This document shows, piece by piece, positions 61,368 to 64,000 of a stretch of DNA of 64,000 nt (position 1 is the first letter of the stretch; each line of letters starts with the position of its first letter). Origin of the DNA: a virus (lineage: Duplodnaviria > Caudoviricetes). The translations under genes were made by a program, and so were the position numbers. The stretch is taken from the IMG/VR virus record IMGVR_UViG_3300046495_000014, positions 21,602 through 85,601 of that record; one strand, given 5' to 3'. The notes under the pieces are model-generated. The model did no database searches and was not told the DNA's origin. It saw only the letters and a program-made list of their open reading frames with translations.

Positions 61368-63812
61368 TCAAAACAGTTTCCCTTGTTCCTCTGGTACCGA
61401 TCGCCGACGCCTAGCCGCTGCCGGTTTCGCCGGGTCGATTACCTTAGCCGCCCGCGCCTTCTTCGGGCGCACCGATCCGTACTTCGCCGACCATTTGACG
61501 ACAGGGATCGCGCATTCCAAGACGCGTTCGGTCGCCGGCCATACCAGTTGTTCCCAGAGGTAGAACCGATCTTCAGCGCCGTCCGTGTAGTCGGCGACGG
61601 GTATGGCCTTCAGCGGGGTAGCCGACCCGTCCACAACGACGTACTCGACCCGCGCCCCTTCGCCAGTATCGAATCCGCGCGCCTTCAGTATCTTCGCGAT
61701 CTCGACGTGCGGTGGCTGCGCCGCGTTCGTCCCGTCCTTCTTCTGTTTCTGCGCGTACGCCCCGACGTCCTTCGATAGGGTCTTGGACAGCACGAAGTCT
61801 TTAGGAACCAACTGCCCGTCGACGATGCGCGCCCGCCAGCGTTCTGCGATCGCGTCGTACGTTTCCGGGCGTTCGTCGCCGGTCATCAGCGCCTGGATCA
61901 CTTCGTACTGAAGATCGCGAGCTAGCTTCACGGTATCGCCGCGCTTGTACTCGAGACCCTTCACCTCGGGCTTGGATTCCGCCGTTGCCCGCGTCCCCTT
62001 GTAATGGGCGAACCGCCCCGCGTACCGCTTCTTGCCTACCAGTACCAGCACGTCGAATTCCTTTTCGTATGCGATCCGGATCTCATTGACCGGGCAGTGC
62101 AGGTCAGCCAGCAGCGACGGGTAAAAGTCGACGTTGCACCAGTCGACGAACGCGCGGAATTCGGCTTCGGTTACGTCGCTGATGAAGGTCGAATCTGTAT
62201 CGCCGTAGATCCCGGACATCCCCCGCTTCTCAGCCGCGCCCATCGTCTCACGTATCAACCAGCGCCCCGCAGCCGTTACCGCGCTAGCCGTTCGCTTGTC
62301 GTAGAACCGCGACGACGGCGCCCCCATCACACCGTAGAACGTATTGGCCGCGACCTTGTACGCGTTTGACTTACGGCCGGCGTCGTGCCACTCAGGCGTA
62401 CCGGGAACGGCATTCGACTTGACGTCGTTCCAGTGCTTCCGAAGTCGCTTCAGCTCCGCGATGGCGCGTGGTATCAAACCCAACGGCGCCTTCTGAAAAC
62501 AGCACCCACCAGGGACCTGGCAAACGTCGTCCGGCAACGGGTAGGTCTTCGGCGGTAAGTGCTTCAGATACGCGGGCCGCGACGCCGCGTCTTCGACAGT
62601 TACGTCGTCCGCTCGGATCGTCTCGGGAGAAATGTTCCAGGTCTGGATGATCGACGGGTACATCCCAGAAAAGTCGGCGACGTGGATCCCGCGCAATAAT
62701 CCCTTGCGCGTCGGCTCCATCACGAATGCGCCTTCGAATCGATCCCCCGATTCGTAATCCCAGTTGGACCGGAACCGTAGCCCCTCGGCGCGCCCCATCT
62801 TCAGTAGGTAGCCTTCGACAAAGTTCGTTCCGTTACTGCCGCGCGAATCGGGGAGCGTGTGACAGACCTGGCAGATCACCAGCTGCGTGTCCAAGTACCC
62901 GGTTTCCAGTTCGATCAACCGCAAAAGGTCGGAGTCCCGAACGTTGTAACGGAACAGCGCTTCGCGCGATTCCCCTCCCGCCGCCCAGCGTTCCCAGGTC
63001 TTCGACGCGTCTAGGTCGTCTTTCGTTTCGCCCAGTACTGCCGTAGCGATTCGGCCTAACGCGAACGACTGCTTCTCGTCGCCGGATTCGCTCACGTGCA
63101 TGTTCATTGACTTGAAGATCTCGAGGTGGTCGATCCACAGCCAGCCCGCGAACGCGACGCGGATCCCCGCCTGTTCCGTCCTCGCCTTCAGCACGGGGAA
63201 GTCGAATCGATCCCCGTTCCAGGCCGCCACCTGATCGTACTGTTCCAGCGCTTCCCAGATGTCTTTGAGCATCGACGCTTCGGCCGCGTCGGTATCCTCG
63301 GGAAGAATGTCGCCGACCCAATCCCCGGTATCATGATCGACGACCACCCAGGACAAGATCCGGGCGTCTTCCTTTCTCCCGAACGGCACTCGACTGTCGG
63401 TTTCCAAGTCTAGGTAGCAGCGCCGCGGCCGCTGGATCTCGACATCGTGTTCGGTCAAAAATCGGCGTACCGGGTAAACGTCGGCTTCGAATACCGTCAA
63501 CCCCAGGCGTTCGAATAGCGATTCAGTCCCGCCCAGGGTTTCGTGCGGGTACCGCGACTTCGACGTCGCTTCCTTCAGATCGCGCCACGAATGCCAGCCG
63601 ACACGGATCCAATCCCCCTCTACTTTCCACGATCGGATCTTGGGCCAGGCTCTCAACTTCGACGAAACCGTGTCGGATACCGCGGACGTCTGCAAAAAAC
63701 ACGAGTACTCGGCTGGGTAGGCCTTTAGCTTCCGGCCGTCTTCGGCCCGGGTGACAACCACGATGTTGTCACCGGACCAATACGCGTTCACCAGCGGGAT
63801 CGATTTCGACAT
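61368..63812 (-). CDS. polB: Family B DNA polymerase (start reassigned to MSKSI)
   Basis: LDLET exonuclease, DFSGMYPSII, KVAANTFYG, YGDTDS; CATAGT box 63828-63833. Confidence 0.95.
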   Translation of the reverse strand: MSKSIPLVNAYWSGDNIVVVTRAEDGRKLKAYPAEYSCFLQTSAVSDTVSSKLRAWPKIRSWKVEGDWIRVGWHSWRDLKEATSKSRYPHETLGGTESLFERLGLTVFEADVYPVRRFLTEHDVEIQRPRRCYLDLETDSRVPFGRKEDARILSWVVVDHDTGDWVGDILPEDTDAAEASMLKDIWEALEQYDQVAAWNGDRFDFPVLKARTEQAGIRVAFAGWLWIDHLEIFKSMNMHVSESGDEKQSFALGRIATAVLGETKDDLDASKTWERWAAGGESREALFRYNVRDSDLLRLIELETGYLDTQLVICQVCHTLPDSRGSNGTNFVEGYLLKMGRAEGLRFRSNWDYESGDRFEGAFVMEPTRKGLLRGIHVADFSGMYPSIIQTWNISPETIRADDVTVEDAASRPAYLKHLPPKTYPLPDDVCQVPGGCCFQKAPLGLIPRAIAELKRLRKHWNDVKSNAVPGTPEWHDAGRKSNAYKVAANTFYGVMGAPSSRFYDKRTASAVTAAGRWLIRETMGAAEKRGMSGIYGDTDSTFISDVTEAEFRAFVDWCNVDFYPSLLADLHCPVNEIRIAYEKEFDVLVLVGKKRYAGRFAHYKGTRATAESKPEVKGLEYKRGDTVKLARDLQYEVIQALMTGDERPETYDAIAERWRARIVDGQLVPKDFVLSKTLSKDVGAYAQKQKKDGTNAAQPPHVEIAKILKARGFDTGEGARVEYVVVDGSATPLKAIPVADYTDGAEDRFYLWEQLVWPATERVLECAIPVVKWSAKYGSVRPKKARAAKVIDPAKPAAARRRRSVPEEQGKLF

Positions 63813-63848
63813 CAGCGACTTACCCCAACTATGGCGCAACGTTCAATT

Positions 63849-64000
63849 CTACTTAGCGGCCTTGGCTGGCTTCGCGGCCTTGGCTGGCTTCGCGGCCTTG
63901 GCTGGCTTCGCGGCCTTGGCTGGCTTCGCGGCCTTGGCTGGCTTCGCTGCCTTCGCAGGCTTGGCGGGTTTCGCCGCCTTAGCTGGCTTCACTGCCGGTT
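63849..64000 (-). CDS. C-terminus of a histone H1-like PAKAAK-repeat protein (starts outside window)
   Basis: 18-bp tandem repeats read ...KPAKAAKPAKAAK then TAG at 63849-63851. Confidence 0.75.
   Translation of the reverse strand, partial: PAVKPAKAAKPAKPAKAAKPAKAAKPAKAAKPAKAAKPAKAAKPAKAAK

Noticed and set aside
1-64000. Stop-codon reassignment
   Set aside because: Core genes are intact in the standard code and end in all three stops; the stops near 17190-17271 are explained by indels.
1-64000. tRNA or rRNA genes, integrase, att sites
   Set aside because: None recognised by eye; lifestyle cannot be called from this window.

Overview
A 64-kb segment of a high-GC tailed dsDNA phage with a contractile tail. 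Nearly all genes are on the minus strand. In coordinate order: baseplate and tail genes (spike, hub, LysM protein, tape measure, frameshifted tail chaperones, tube, sheath); neck and head genes (major capsid, a fibre-like block, scaffold, MuF fusion, portal); many small accessory genes with terminase and peptidoglycan hydrolases; then a DNA modification, recombination and replication module (DinG, PLP-ParB-methyltransferase fusion, resolvase, SbcCD, RecA, SSB-like, second methyltransferase, family B polymerase, H1-like protein). I saw no integrase, tRNA or CRISPR array. The host cannot be assigned from sequence alone. The most unusual signal is non-coding. A perfect 22-bp palindrome, GACGCCGGATCGATCCGGCGTC, occurs 12 times exactly plus 2 variants, mostly at gene junctions and often just upstream of -10-like boxes. 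About 20 genes have such a box only 5-7 nt before the start codon, which suggests leaderless transcription, and there are three distinct promoter classes. Other highlights: a triple PLP-enzyme/ParB/methyltransferase fusion, a MuF protein carrying a GNAT-like domain, a duplicated promoter plus N-terminus cassette, and a 21-bp triplication that creates pentapeptide uORFs. All product calls are by motif recognition, not database searches. Many starts were moved downstream of the ORF-track starts.
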